Source of the DNA: a candidate division FCPU426 bacterium
GTDB taxonomy: Bacteria; Oederibacteriota; Muellerivitia; Muellerivitales; Muellerivitaceae
Length of the DNA: 64,000 bases
Direction: 5' to 3'
Assembly (NCBI GenBank): GCA_963771075.1
Contig: CAVYSE010000007.1
Coordinates: 192,001 to 256,000 of the forward strand
Below the pieces are notes generated by a model. It was given only the letters and a program-made list of their open reading frames with translations. It ran no database searches and was not told where the DNA came from. This document shows, one piece after another, positions 31,981 through 43,598 of this stretch. Positions within the stretch are counted from its first letter, which is position 1, and each line of letters begins with the position of its first letter. The position numbers and the translations under genes are program-made.

Positions 31981-33411
31981 ATGAATATGTACAAAGTATT
32001 TCTCGGATCAATGTTGATATTGGCGATGAACTATACTTTCGCGTCCTTCACCTGGGCTCAATCAACGCAGGGGGGCGGCCTCTTTGACCGGGGTGGGGAA
32101 CAGGGTATTGGGACCCGAGCGATGGGGTTAGCGGGCGCTTTTGTAGCAATTGCCGATGATCCAACAGCCGCCTATTGGAATCCCGCGGGGTTGGCCCAAC
32201 TCACTCAACCTGAAGTCCTCGGCATGTATGGATCCTATTTCAATGACAAGGACCGTAATTTGTATTTTTCATTCACGACCACCCTGAAAAAAGACATACA
32301 TATAGGTATCAGTACGAACAACCTCTTTTATTCGGATATTCCCGGCGCTCACGAGGATCAATACACAGCTTCATTAGCTATCCCTTTGGATCCCCAGGCA
32401 AACCATCGCTGGTTTGGTGGATTGAACGTACGGTACTTGTTCGCGGACACCGGTTCGGGCGGCGGGGGAACGGTTGAGGGTGTGGCGGTAGACTTAGGAT
32501 TACTCTTTAAACAACCCCTGGAAAACAACATGCAGTTAAACACCGGTCTTGCCCTCACCGATCTCACCACCAATATTCGGTTTGACCAGACGGGTGTGGA
32601 ACAAGCCATCCCCTCGATTCTCACCCCGGGCGCGGCCTTCTATTTTGATCCTAACACTCTTTTGTCGGTGGACGTCCCGTGGACGCTTGATAACGACGTT
32701 GTGTTGAATGAACAAAATTTGCGTATACGTTCCGGCATTGAGCATTGGTTCTTGGACGGCCGGCTGGGCCTTCGCGGGGGTTTCACCAGTTTCATCACAC
32801 TGCCGGGTGATTTCACCATGGGCGCAAGCTATCGAAACCAACAATGGAGCATTGAGTACGCCTTTATGACACATTCGGATAACCTTGGAAATAGTCATCG
32901 GTTGTCCGTCGCCTGGGACTTCGAGGGCTCCGGCGGTCCACCCCAGCCAAAGCCTTACATCGTTGAGTCTTTTGTGGGGGATGAGAAGATTTACCTGAAA
33001 TGGGACATTCCCAAAGGAAGCCAAACGGATGGCTATTACGTATATTTACGCACCGACAATGACGAGGATTTCCATCGCGCCAAACAACAACCCCTCTCAA
33101 GCAATTATTGCCTTTTGCGCGGAGCCCAAAATGGGATTCGTTATCACTTGTTTATCCGGTCCGTGGTTGGGGGGCAGGAAAAATACCGATGCGACGAATG
33201 GGTAACTACCCCGAGACCCATGTCCGATGAGGCAAGACATTTTTACGAGGCGGGTCTCCAGTCTTTTAACGCGAACGATTTGCCTTCCGCTCTCTTTTCC
33301 GCGCGAAAAGCAGAGGAGGCTGATCCTAATAACTATGAGATCAAAGATCTTTTGAGAAAATTGGAAACAACACACCATGAAGGTTTGGTTCCGCAGGGGG
33401 AAGAAAATTGA
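31981..33411 (+). CDS. PorV/PorQ-like barrel fused to fibronectin-III-like and TPR-like domains
   Basis: GTRAMGLAGAFVAIADDPTAAYWNPAGLAQL, LGNSHRLS, GDEKIYLKW..GYYVY, C-terminal helical repeat. ORF is open from 31942. Confidence 0.8.
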   Translation: MNMYKVFLGSMLILAMNYTFASFTWAQSTQGGGLFDRGGEQGIGTRAMGLAGAFVAIADDPTAAYWNPAGLAQLTQPEVLGMYGSYFNDKDRNLYFSFTTTLKKDIHIGISTNNLFYSDIPGAHEDQYTASLAIPLDPQANHRWFGGLNVRYLFADTGSGGGGTVEGVAVDLGLLFKQPLENNMQLNTGLALTDLTTNIRFDQTGVEQAIPSILTPGAAFYFDPNTLLSVDVPWTLDNDVVLNEQNLRIRSGIEHWFLDGRLGLRGGFTSFITLPGDFTMGASYRNQQWSIEYAFMTHSDNLGNSHRLSVAWDFEGSGGPPQPKPYIVESFVGDEKIYLKWDIPKGSQTDGYYVYLRTDNDEDFHRAKQQPLSSNYCLLRGAQNGIRYHLFIRSVVGGQEKYRCDEWVTTPRPMSDEARHFYEAGLQSFNANDLPSALFSARKAEEADPNNYEIKDLLRKLETTHHEGLVPQGEEN

Positions 33412-34085
33412 CCCGTCCTTTATATATTGTCTTTTTTTTGACGCTCGCCTTTCTTTCTCAGGGCTTGTTCGCTCAGCCCAATCCCGCGCCTGTACAAACA
33501 CCTTCTTCGGTCGATGAGGCGGAAACGCTTTATCGATCAGCCCTCAAAAGCTACCTGGACGGTGATTACGACAAGGCCATAATTTGCACTGCCCAATCCC
33601 TCGAAAAAGACCCGAATTTTGAAAAGTCCAAAAATCTTTTGACTCTTTTATCCGCTGAAAAGGAAAACGAAGGAAAGACGGTTATTTGGCTCGCGGGCAA
33701 GCAGACCGCCCCGATCCAGATGGTTCCTCCAGCCAGCGCCCTGGCCCCTCTACCTTCTTCCCCTCCGCTTTCTTCGGCCGATTTATCCCGTCTTCAAGCA
33801 GAAATCAATTCGGCGCGTGCACAGGAGGATAACCATAACCGGTTACAAACTCTACGCGCAAATCAATTGGCGGGGCAATTTGAAGTCATGCACGACATGA
33901 TGAGCATCAACAATGAGGGCCAATATCAGGAACTGCGTACCTCTCAAGTGCAGCTAAACCAGCAACTTCAGAAAATCGAACGGGGGCGTTGGGGCGGTCT
34001 CTTTTGGTTTTTTTTGGTTTCTTTCGCCAGCCTGGGCCTATCCGTAGTTTCCTTGTTAACCCACCGTAAGAAAAGAAGGGTTTAA
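33408..34085 (+). CDS. Secreted TPR and coiled-coil protein with C-terminal membrane anchor
   Basis: Signal peptide, AETLYRSALKSYLDGDY..SLEKDP, terminal TM helix followed by RKKRR. Confidence 0.65.
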   Translation: MTRPLYIVFFLTLAFLSQGLFAQPNPAPVQTPSSVDEAETLYRSALKSYLDGDYDKAIICTAQSLEKDPNFEKSKNLLTLLSAEKENEGKTVIWLAGKQTAPIQMVPPASALAPLPSSPPLSSADLSRLQAEINSARAQEDNHNRLQTLRANQLAGQFEVMHDMMSINNEGQYQELRTSQVQLNQQLQKIERGRWGGLFWFFLVSFASLGLSVVSLLTHRKKRRV

Positions 34086-34100
34086 AGACTCGCCTAAAAC

Positions 34101-35515
<1,415 letters not shown>

Positions 35516-35574
35516 TATAACCTTTTTCTTTATAGAATTTCCCCTTATACTTAGCGCCTTTACGGGGTTTCGGT

Positions 35575-35647
35575 GAGTCGTTAGCTCAGTTGGTAGAGCA
35601 CCACACTTTTAATGTGGGTGTCCCGGGTTCGATTCCCGGACGACTCA
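35575..35647 (+). tRNA. tRNA-Lys (anticodon TTT); CCA not encoded
   Basis: Acceptor GAGTCGT/ACGACTC, D-arm GCTC..GAGC, anticodon arm CCACA-CTTTTAA-TGTGG, T-loop TTCGATT; followed by A-CCG. Confidence 0.96.
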
Positions 35648-35764
35648 CCGAGGCCCCGTTCAGGAATTTCCCCTTTTTACATACACCCTAACTCACAATA
35701 AAATTGTAGTGGGACCTAGCGCCCCGGGTTTATGGTTCAATGATGATGCGTCGGGAGGGCCAAA

Positions 35765-37144
35765 ATGGATCTCGTTCTTTTCATCGGGGGTTTGATCTCG
35801 GGCCTGGCTATGGGCGGTTTGGCTGTTTATTGGCTCCACCAATCCAAATCCGGCGCCTCTACGGCGGCCCTCCAGGAGCGACTGGCGGGCAAAGAAATCT
35901 TCATTCATGACCTGCAATCCCGGCTGGTAGAGGCTGAAAAGAGATCCCAGTCCTTAAATGGGGAATTGACTGACCTTAAAACCGCCCATGCCGGGCGGGA
36001 GGCGGCCTACCAGGAAGCCCGTAAAAACCTTGAGGAAAGGCTTGCCGCCTTCGAAAGTGCCCGCGAAAAGATGGAGTCGGCCTTCCAAGCCCTCTCCGGC
36101 GAGGCATTGAAAAGCAACAACCAGGCCTTTTTGGAGCTGGCGCAGGCTCACCTGGCCCAGTTCCAGGAAAACGCGAAAAGCGATTTGGAAAAACGTCAGG
36201 AAGCAATCGACCAGATGGTCCAGCCGGTCCGAGAATCCCTTAACAAATTCGACGAGAAGATCCAAAGCCTCGAAAATTCCCGCATTGGGGCCTACTCGGA
36301 GCTCAAGGAGCAGGTCCGAAACCTCATGGAGACGGGTTCCAAACTCCGGGAAGAAACCGGGAACTTGGTGAAGGCCCTGCGCCAGCCCCAGGGCCGGGGA
36401 AGATGGGGTGAAATCCAGCTCAAGCGGGTCGTGGAAATGGCCGGTATGGTCGGCCATTGCGACTTTGTTGAGCAGGAAAGCTCCGAGGACGAGGAGGGTC
36501 GGTCTCTCCGGCCCGATATGCTCATCCGCCTCCCGGGTGAAAGGGTCGTGGTGGTCGACTCAAAAGCCCCTCTGATGGCCTATCTCGAGGCCGCCGAGGC
36601 GAAGACGGATGAGGAGCGGGACGCTTTTCTCAAGGACCACGCCCGCCAAATCCGCACCCACCTGGGCAAACTGGGGAAGAAAGCCTATTGGGAACAATTC
36701 GACCCCGCCCCCGAGTTCGTTGTGATGTTTTTGCCAGGGGAGGATTTTTTCAGTTCCGCCCTCGTCCAAGACCCCTCCCTCATTGAGGCGGGGGTGGATA
36801 ACAAGGTTATTTTGGCCACCCCGACCACCTTGATCGCCCTCTTGAAGGCCGTCTCCTACGGCTGGCGGCAGGAACAATTGAGCCAAAACGCGAAAAAAAT
36901 CAGCGAGATGGGCAAGGAACTCTACAAACGGCTGGTGGATATGACCGGTCACCTGGCGGATATGGGCAACCAATTGAAAAAAGCGGTGGAATCTTATAAT
37001 AAGGGAATCGGTTCCTTTGAAAAACGGGTGATGGTATCGGCCCGGGAGTTCAAGGAATTGGGTATCGGGGATACGGTCAAGGAACTAGAGGATCTTTCGC
37101 CGGTGGATCTCCCACCTCGGGAAATCCAGACCGGCCTTCTCTAG
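35765..37144 (+). CDS. rmuC: DNA recombination protein RmuC
   Basis: N-terminal TM and coiled coil; GRWGEIQL, RPDMLIRLP, VVDSKAP, FVVMFLPGE, ATPTTLIALL. Confidence 0.95.
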   Translation: MDLVLFIGGLISGLAMGGLAVYWLHQSKSGASTAALQERLAGKEIFIHDLQSRLVEAEKRSQSLNGELTDLKTAHAGREAAYQEARKNLEERLAAFESAREKMESAFQALSGEALKSNNQAFLELAQAHLAQFQENAKSDLEKRQEAIDQMVQPVRESLNKFDEKIQSLENSRIGAYSELKEQVRNLMETGSKLREETGNLVKALRQPQGRGRWGEIQLKRVVEMAGMVGHCDFVEQESSEDEEGRSLRPDMLIRLPGERVVVVDSKAPLMAYLEAAEAKTDEERDAFLKDHARQIRTHLGKLGKKAYWEQFDPAPEFVVMFLPGEDFFSSALVQDPSLIEAGVDNKVILATPTTLIALLKAVSYGWRQEQLSQNAKKISEMGKELYKRLVDMTGHLADMGNQLKKAVESYNKGIGSFEKRVMVSAREFKELGIGDTVKELEDLSPVDLPPREIQTGLL

Positions 37145-37173
37145 GCTAAATTCATTGATGAGGATCGTTCGTT

Positions 37174-37323
37174 ATGGAAATGAAGAAATATAAAATCAAA
37201 ATAGAGAAAACCAAGAAAATCCGTGGCGTTTGGGCGATTAAGCCAATTACTCGGATCAAACCCAACAAAAGACAATCGAGGCTGACCCGTTTAAAAGAAA
37301 GGGAAAAGAGGGAAGAACTATGA
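37174..37323 (+). CDS. Small basic protein (49 aa), possibly ArfA/BrfA-like; not in the ORF track
   Basis: GAGGA RBS; MEMKKYKIKIEKTKKIRGVWAIKPITRIKPNKRQSRL...; stop overlaps the next start (ATGA). Confidence 0.6.
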   Translation: MEMKKYKIKIEKTKKIRGVWAIKPITRIKPNKRQSRLTRLKEREKREEL

Positions 37324-37619
37324 ATCAAGCGAATCCAAAGTTGAAAATCACTTTAGGCCTGGTCCTTCCACTTCTGTTGACCATGCTCTTGGCCTGCCCG
37401 GTCGGCCCTATTTACGGGAAGGATAAGGATGAAAACCCCAAGGCCAAACATTCCTCCGCCTCCAAAAAGAAAAAAGGCAAGCAGAACAAGGGCTTGACGG
37501 TCAAGGTCGAAAAGGACCCTCAAACCGGGCCCATGGAAGATGTCTCCAATTTAACAGAAGTTTCTCAGGCACCTGGACAGGATGAGGGAGCGGGCAAATC
37601 CAAGAAGAGCAAGAAATAA
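37320..37619 (+). CDS. Small secreted or membrane Lys-rich hypothetical protein
   Basis: Hydrophobic N-terminus ending LLAC; low-complexity basic remainder. Confidence 0.55.
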   Translation: MNQANPKLKITLGLVLPLLLTMLLACPVGPIYGKDKDENPKAKHSSASKKKKGKQNKGLTVKVEKDPQTGPMEDVSNLTEVSQAPGQDEGAGKSKKSKK

Positions 37620-38105
37620 TCGGATGGATGATGAAATTCGAATCGAGCTAGTCATGCACTGTTCTGAAGTTGTCAAAATAAATCAATTAAGCAAAGTGTT
37701 CACGAAGGCAAAGCCTTAAATCCGTTTTTGGTTCGACTTTGTCCTATGCGAGGGAGTTCACTCTAATACTCCCGGGTACTAAACACCGTAAAACGATTTG
37801 AGGTTACCTGTATCACAGCGTTTTACTTTTAAGCAGGTGAACAAAAGTTTGATTCCTATGAGACTATGGTTAATAGTCGCCCCGAAAATGGTAATCGGTC
37901 GACGGATATTCCCCGGTAAAGGGTTTTGACTCTCCCGTTTTCGAATAACTAGGGATCCATTTCCGATAATAGTGCGCAGGCCAAAAATTAAAATTGAATA
38001 ACATGAGCCGTATTCAATTGCCCATGGATAGCTTCTTTGGAATTGCCTTTGAAACCCCATGTAGCTTGCCTAAAATAGTCAAATGAAACTTGAAAAGGCC
38101 CCCGT

Positions 38106-41105
38106 TTGAATTTACCGCGCCGATTCATTCCAGTAATGGAAGAGGCCCTCATGAAAGCGGTTGAGGGTTTGGGCGAAGGTGTATTTGTATTTAACTCGGA
38201 CAAAGTTTTTTATTCAAACGACGTTTTTACCGACCTTAGCGGTTACACTTCCGACGAATTAACCCATCTTAGTTCATTGATCGATCTTTTTCCTGAGAAC
38301 ATCCAAGGCGCCCTGTTTGAAGGCCCCTCTGAGCGAGATTCGGATGTGGGATTTCCTAGACAACGAATCACTAAGCTGAAACAAAAAAGCGGATTGATTA
38401 AAACGGTCGGCTTGTCTTTAAGCTTTTTCCAAGAGGGCGGGGAGAAACAGGGCCTGGGTGTGGTTATGGACTTTACCCAGTTCAAAATGGCCCAGGAGGA
38501 ATTGAGAACCAGCCAGGACCGTCTTCGCGCCATCGTTCATTCCGCCCCGATCATTATTTTTGTTTTGGATGCCAACGGCAATTTCACCTTTTCCGATGGG
38601 AGTGGCTTGAAAAAGCTGAATTTGCAGCCAGGTCAAGTCGTTGGACAATCCGCACTGGAAATGTATCGCGAATATCCGAATTTGATCCAAAGCATCCGGC
38701 GAGCGCTCAAAGGTGAGAGTTTTGTCTCCACGGAAAACCTGGGAGACCTTTGGTTTCAGACCCAGTACAATCCGATTATTGATACCAAAGGAAAAATAAC
38801 CGGTGTTACGGGAGTATCGGTGGATGTTACCGAACACCAAAAAATGGAGTTAGCTCTCCGTCAAAGCGTGGAGTTCGAGAAGCTGATTACAAATCTTTCT
38901 TCCCAATTCATAAACCTTCCCTGGGAACGAATCGACGATGGAATTCAAAATAGTTTAAGCTCCATTTCCCGATTTATAGGCGCGGACCGTTCCATGTTAT
39001 TCCACACCAAAGGCGATCGTGTGGATTCCCCTTCATTTATTTGGTCCTCCTCCCCTGAAACGGCAGGGGCGGTCTGGGACGCCAATACCTTTTTGTCCGA
39101 CTTTCCATGGTTCTCGGAGAAGATTCACCGACATGAGATTATTTATATCGAACAACCCGATCTTTTGCCGCCTCAGGCGGGGCCGGAACGAAGATTCATG
39201 ATCCGCAGGGGAGTGATTTCCCTCGTCGTGATTCCCATTATCGCGGGTGGACACTTGTTGGGCCTTTTATCTTTTTCCACGACCCGGATCCTTAAGCGGT
39301 GGACGGAGGAGGATATCAATCTTTTCAAGATTACCGGAGAAATGTTGACCAGTGCCTTGGAGAGAAAGAATGCCGAATTAACCATCCGGGGAAGTGAAGA
39401 AAAATTCCGCGAATTGTTCAACAACGCGAATGACGCAATTTTCCTTTTTACCATTTCTTCCGAAGGAGAACCGGGCAAGTATGTTGAAGTCAATGATCTG
39501 GCCTGCCTCAAAACGGGTTTTGCCCGTGAAGAACTTCTCCAAATGACACCCTTTGATTTGGCGATTCCTGAAGATATGAATGAAATGCCTAAACTATTCA
39601 AAAGACTAGTGGATCAGGGACACGTCACTTACGAGAAAGCCCACCTCTCCAAGGAAAACCACAAGGTTCCTTTTGAAGTGAACTCCCACCTTTTCAATTG
39701 GAACGGCCAAAAGATGGCTCAATCCATCGCCCGGGATGTTTCCGACCGAAAGAAGGCGGAAGAAACGATCCGACGTCAGGCTTATTACGACGTCCTGACG
39801 GGTCTTCCCAACCGCACTTTGTTTAAGGACCGCCTGGAACAGGCTATGAAAACAGCACATAGAAACCGACAGTCTCTTTGCGTAATGGTGTTAGACCTGG
39901 ACCGGTTTAAAACCATCAACGAGACTTTGGGACATCATATCGGGGACAAATTACTCATGAGTGTCTCGGACCGCCTTTTGAGTATCCTGGCGGACAATGG
40001 CACCATCGCCCGTTTTGGAGGGGACGAGTTTACGCTTCTCCTGCCCCTAGTCGGTAAGCAGGAAGAAGCCACTCAACAGGCCCAACGAATCATCGAGACA
40101 TTGGCCACTCCCTTTAACCTAAATGGTCACGACTTGCACGTGACCACCAGTATTGGGATCGCCTTTTTCCCAACCGATGGGGAGAATCCCGAAGTCCTTC
40201 TTAAAAACGCCGAAACTGCCATGTATCGTGCCAAGGAACAGGGAAGAAATAATTTTCAACTCTATGCTTCGGTGATGAATGTCAGCGCATTCAAGCAATT
40301 GCTTATGGAAAATAGCCTGCGCCGCGCTCTGGAAAAAGAAGAGTTTGTTGTTTATTTGCAACCCCAAATCGATCTCGCGACACGCCATATGATTGGCGCG
40401 GAAGCGCTGGTGCGCTGGCAACATCCTGATTTGGGTTTGGTTTTCCCGACGGAGTTTATTGGCCTAGCCGAGGAAACCGGTTTAATTGTTCCAATCGGGG
40501 ACTGGGTATTGGAAAGAGTCTGCAAACTGGGGAAACAATGGGAGGAAAAAGGTTTTGGGCGTATTTGCATTTCGGTCAATCTCTCCGCACGCCAGTTTCA
40601 ACAGAAAAATCTGGTTACGAGGATAGCCCAAATATTGGAAAACACGGGGTTGGATCCAGAATCCCTTGGGTTGGAAATAACCGAAAGTATTGCGATGAAA
40701 AACGCCGATTTCACCATATCCGCCATGAATGTTTTCAAAAATATGGGGATACATCTCTCCCTGGATGATTTCGGGACGGGTTATTCCTCGCTCAGCTACT
40801 TGAAACGGTTCCCCTTGGAAACACTCAAAATTGACCGTTCTTTTGTAAGGGACATTACCACCGACCCCAATGATGCCGCTATTGTCCATGCGGTCATTGC
40901 CTTGGCTCATTCTCTCAAGCTGAAGGTCGTGGCCGAAGGCGTGGAAACCGAAGGACAATTGAGTTTTTTGAAAACCCACGGTTGCGACCAGGTCCAGGGT
41001 TATTATTTCAGCCATCCGCTATCGGAGGAAAATTTCATTCAAGTCCTGAAAGAATTTCCGCCAGCCGTAAACCCCAAATCGCCGAATCGTCCCAAAACGA
41101 TTTGA
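38106..41105 (+). CDS. PAS-PAS-GAF-PAS-GGDEF-EAL c-di-GMP signalling protein
   Basis: DVLTGLPNR, RFGGDEF, EALVRW, LEITES, DDFGTGYSS, VAEGVE. Start may be ATG 38136. Confidence 0.95.
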   Translation: MNLPRRFIPVMEEALMKAVEGLGEGVFVFNSDKVFYSNDVFTDLSGYTSDELTHLSSLIDLFPENIQGALFEGPSERDSDVGFPRQRITKLKQKSGLIKTVGLSLSFFQEGGEKQGLGVVMDFTQFKMAQEELRTSQDRLRAIVHSAPIIIFVLDANGNFTFSDGSGLKKLNLQPGQVVGQSALEMYREYPNLIQSIRRALKGESFVSTENLGDLWFQTQYNPIIDTKGKITGVTGVSVDVTEHQKMELALRQSVEFEKLITNLSSQFINLPWERIDDGIQNSLSSISRFIGADRSMLFHTKGDRVDSPSFIWSSSPETAGAVWDANTFLSDFPWFSEKIHRHEIIYIEQPDLLPPQAGPERRFMIRRGVISLVVIPIIAGGHLLGLLSFSTTRILKRWTEEDINLFKITGEMLTSALERKNAELTIRGSEEKFRELFNNANDAIFLFTISSEGEPGKYVEVNDLACLKTGFAREELLQMTPFDLAIPEDMNEMPKLFKRLVDQGHVTYEKAHLSKENHKVPFEVNSHLFNWNGQKMAQSIARDVSDRKKAEETIRRQAYYDVLTGLPNRTLFKDRLEQAMKTAHRNRQSLCVMVLDLDRFKTINETLGHHIGDKLLMSVSDRLLSILADNGTIARFGGDEFTLLLPLVGKQEEATQQAQRIIETLATPFNLNGHDLHVTTSIGIAFFPTDGENPEVLLKNAETAMYRAKEQGRNNFQLYASVMNVSAFKQLLMENSLRRALEKEEFVVYLQPQIDLATRHMIGAEALVRWQHPDLGLVFPTEFIGLAEETGLIVPIGDWVLERVCKLGKQWEEKGFGRICISVNLSARQFQQKNLVTRIAQILENTGLDPESLGLEITESIAMKNADFTISAMNVFKNMGIHLSLDDFGTGYSSLSYLKRFPLETLKIDRSFVRDITTDPNDAAIVHAVIALAHSLKLKVVAEGVETEGQLSFLKTHGCDQVQGYYFSHPLSEENFIQVLKEFPPAVNPKSPNRPKTI

Positions 41106-41195
41106 ATTTGGAATCGCGTAAAATCAACCTCTTTTACCCCGTTTGTTGACCGTCCGATACCTACCTAGATCCACTGACTTCGTTATAATTCAACC

Positions 41196-43136
41196 ATGAA
41201 ATCGGACCTTCCTTTTAATTTACCCGATCCCAATGCCATATCCCAAAAGCTTCAACGACCTCGCCCTTGGTTGTATGTCCTGTTTGCCTGTTTTTGTCTT
41301 CTCACCCTATACGGGACACGCCTCATAAATGATTCGGATTTGGGATTTCATTTAAAAAGCGGGCAGTGGATATTGGAAAACCATTGGGTACCGGAAAATA
41401 ACACATTTACCTTCACCGTTCCGGACCATACCTACCTTGACATCGAGTGGTTATACCAGGTTCAACTTTATTTGGTTTATCTTTTGGGGAGCTACAAGCT
41501 GATATCCCTGCTCCATATCGGGTTCATTCTGGCCGCTTTTTTAATCCTTTTTAAAAGATTGAAGATGACCGGAGCGTCATTCGGAATATGCGTCGCCCTT
41601 TTGGTAATTGCAGTTATGGCTTCCGAAACGCGATGCCGAGTTCGGCCGGAGGTGCTTAGCTGGGTGCTATTGGGAATGACCCTATGGGTATTGGATGAAA
41701 GGATGAGCGGGGGGAAGGATCGGCTTTTTTGGTTGCCTTTGATTCAATGGGTTTGGGTCAACACCGAAGGGCTGTTCCCGTTGGGACCGGGATTGATGGC
41801 GGTTTTCTGGGGTTCCAGCTTGGTCCATAATAAAAAAAATGACCAAAAGCTTTTGAAATACCTGGGTTGGTCAATGGCCGCTTGCCTTGCCAACCCCTAT
41901 TTCATACGAGGTTTCTTATTCCCCTTGACTTTATTGGAAAAAATGAGGTTTACGAGTTCCAATATTTTCAAATATACCGTCAGCGAATTTAATCCGCCTT
42001 GGTCCCTTTCCTACCCTGGCCAATGGTTTCCTCCCACTTATCTTGTAATGTATAAGGTTTTTTGTTTTTTTCTTTTAGCGGTCCTTCTTTTGACCCATCG
42101 GAAACGAAAATTCCACGAATGGACACTTTCGATCATCTTTTTCCTTTTATCCGTTTCTGCCATGCGCAACATATCCCTCTTTGTATTGGTTTGTGCGCCG
42201 ATCGCGGCTTCCGGCTGCGCCAACCTTTACTCGGGAAAAATTATAAAATTCAGTGAATCCTGGTGGGGAAAAGTGGCCGTACCCAGTTTAATCCTGTTGA
42301 TGCTCCTGGGCTTTTCTCTCCGGGTCGTGACCAATGCCCACTATATCTCGGACCAATTAAACGACCGCTTTGGTTTGGGCCTGGATAGGGCATCGCGTCC
42401 GGATCAAGCCTGCGAATTCCTGATCCGCAATCAACTAAACGGGAAGATTCTGAATACCTTAGATGAGGGGGATTGGCTGGATTGGAGAGGCCCCCAAAAG
42501 TCCTTCATCGATGGGCGGTTGGAAGCCATGGGGGAGAATTTTTTTACGGAATATATAAAATCTTTAGACCCTGGAGGGCTCCCGCGATTGGTCCAAAAGT
42601 ACAAACCCGATATCCTATTGTTCAATCCGCTCCACGCACAGCAATGGGTTCTTGAACTTCGATCGATGTTGGAATGGCGCATGGTTTATGCCGATGGACA
42701 GGCTGCCATTTACCTTCGGAAGGGTTATGGGGACCCAATCCCCGATTTGGATTATGCTTCTTTGCTGTCAAACAACGGCATCGACCGGTCCATCTTGGGG
42801 GATATGCCCGGTATCTTGAAAATATCTCCCGCTCCCGCCTGGCTTTTGTTTCTAGGCGATTTTATCCAGACTTCCCATTACCCGGACGGTATCCAGAACC
42901 TGGGCGTTTTTTGCGCCCAAAGCGGCCATTATCAGGAGGCCGGTTGCTTTTTCCTGGAAACGATCAAGCTTACCCAAGGCCGGTATTTTGCCCCCTATTT
43001 CAACTTAGGGAGCCTTCTTTGTACATTAGACCCAAAATCCGAAGCGGGACTTTATTGTATGCGGAGGGTTTTGAGGGATCGACCGGATAACCGTTTCGCC
43101 CGGCAAATGGTGGAGGGCAATTCGAGTTTCCCTTGA
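41196..43136 (+). CDS. Polytopic membrane protein, putative GT-C-like glycosyltransferase, with C-terminal TPR-like helices
   Basis: D.DLGFHLKSGQWI, EWLYQ, RVRPE, W.NTEG.F, ANPY, FIDGR motifs; many TM segments. Confidence 0.6.
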   Translation: MKSDLPFNLPDPNAISQKLQRPRPWLYVLFACFCLLTLYGTRLINDSDLGFHLKSGQWILENHWVPENNTFTFTVPDHTYLDIEWLYQVQLYLVYLLGSYKLISLLHIGFILAAFLILFKRLKMTGASFGICVALLVIAVMASETRCRVRPEVLSWVLLGMTLWVLDERMSGGKDRLFWLPLIQWVWVNTEGLFPLGPGLMAVFWGSSLVHNKKNDQKLLKYLGWSMAACLANPYFIRGFLFPLTLLEKMRFTSSNIFKYTVSEFNPPWSLSYPGQWFPPTYLVMYKVFCFFLLAVLLLTHRKRKFHEWTLSIIFFLLSVSAMRNISLFVLVCAPIAASGCANLYSGKIIKFSESWWGKVAVPSLILLMLLGFSLRVVTNAHYISDQLNDRFGLGLDRASRPDQACEFLIRNQLNGKILNTLDEGDWLDWRGPQKSFIDGRLEAMGENFFTEYIKSLDPGGLPRLVQKYKPDILLFNPLHAQQWVLELRSMLEWRMVYADGQAAIYLRKGYGDPIPDLDYASLLSNNGIDRSILGDMPGILKISPAPAWLLFLGDFIQTSHYPDGIQNLGVFCAQSGHYQEAGCFFLETIKLTQGRYFAPYFNLGSLLCTLDPKSEAGLYCMRRVLRDRPDNRFARQMVEGNSSFP

Positions 43137-43598
43137 TCAGATTCTTTTGCGGTTTTTCAAGGCGCGCTCGACATCCCTCTCGGCCTCTTTTTCCCTCAGC
43201 TTATGGCGTTTATCCACCACGTTTTTCCCTTTGGCCAGGGCCAACTGCACCTTGACCTTGCCTCCCTTGAAATACAGCTTTAGGGGAATCAGGGTCAGCC
43301 CCTTCTCGTGTATCCGGGCGGCGAAACGCTTGATCTGTTCCCGGTTTAGGAGCAGTTTGCGGATTCGAGTGGGGTCCGGGTTGTATCGGTTGCCTTGGGC
43401 GTAAGGCGAGATGTGCATGCCGTAAAGGAAAATCTCGTCCTTTTCCACACGGGCGAAACTATCCTGAAGGTTTGCTTTTCCAAGTCGGATTGACTTCACC
43501 TCGCAACCAGCCAGGGCAATACCTGCTTCCAGGCTTTCCATCACGAAGTAATCGAAATGGGCCTTACGATTAAGGAGGGAAGGAGCACGCTCAGGCAC
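43137..43598 (-). CDS. smpB: SsrA-binding protein
   Basis: NRKAHFDY, EAGIALAGCEVKSIR, RIRKLLL, KGK...DKR. Confidence 0.97.
   Translation of the reverse strand: MPERAPSLLNRKAHFDYFVMESLEAGIALAGCEVKSIRLGKANLQDSFARVEKDEIFLYGMHISPYAQGNRYNPDPTRIRKLLLNREQIKRFAARIHEKGLTLIPLKLYFKGGKVKVQLALAKGKNVVDKRHKLREKEAERDVERALKNRKRI

Noticed and set aside
37620..38105. Long intergenic region checked for a c-di-GMP-I riboswitch, tmRNA, RNase P or SRP RNA
   Set aside because: GCAAAG words are present but I could not form the GEMM stems, and no hallmark motifs of the other RNAs were found. An Rfam/Infernal scan would settle it.
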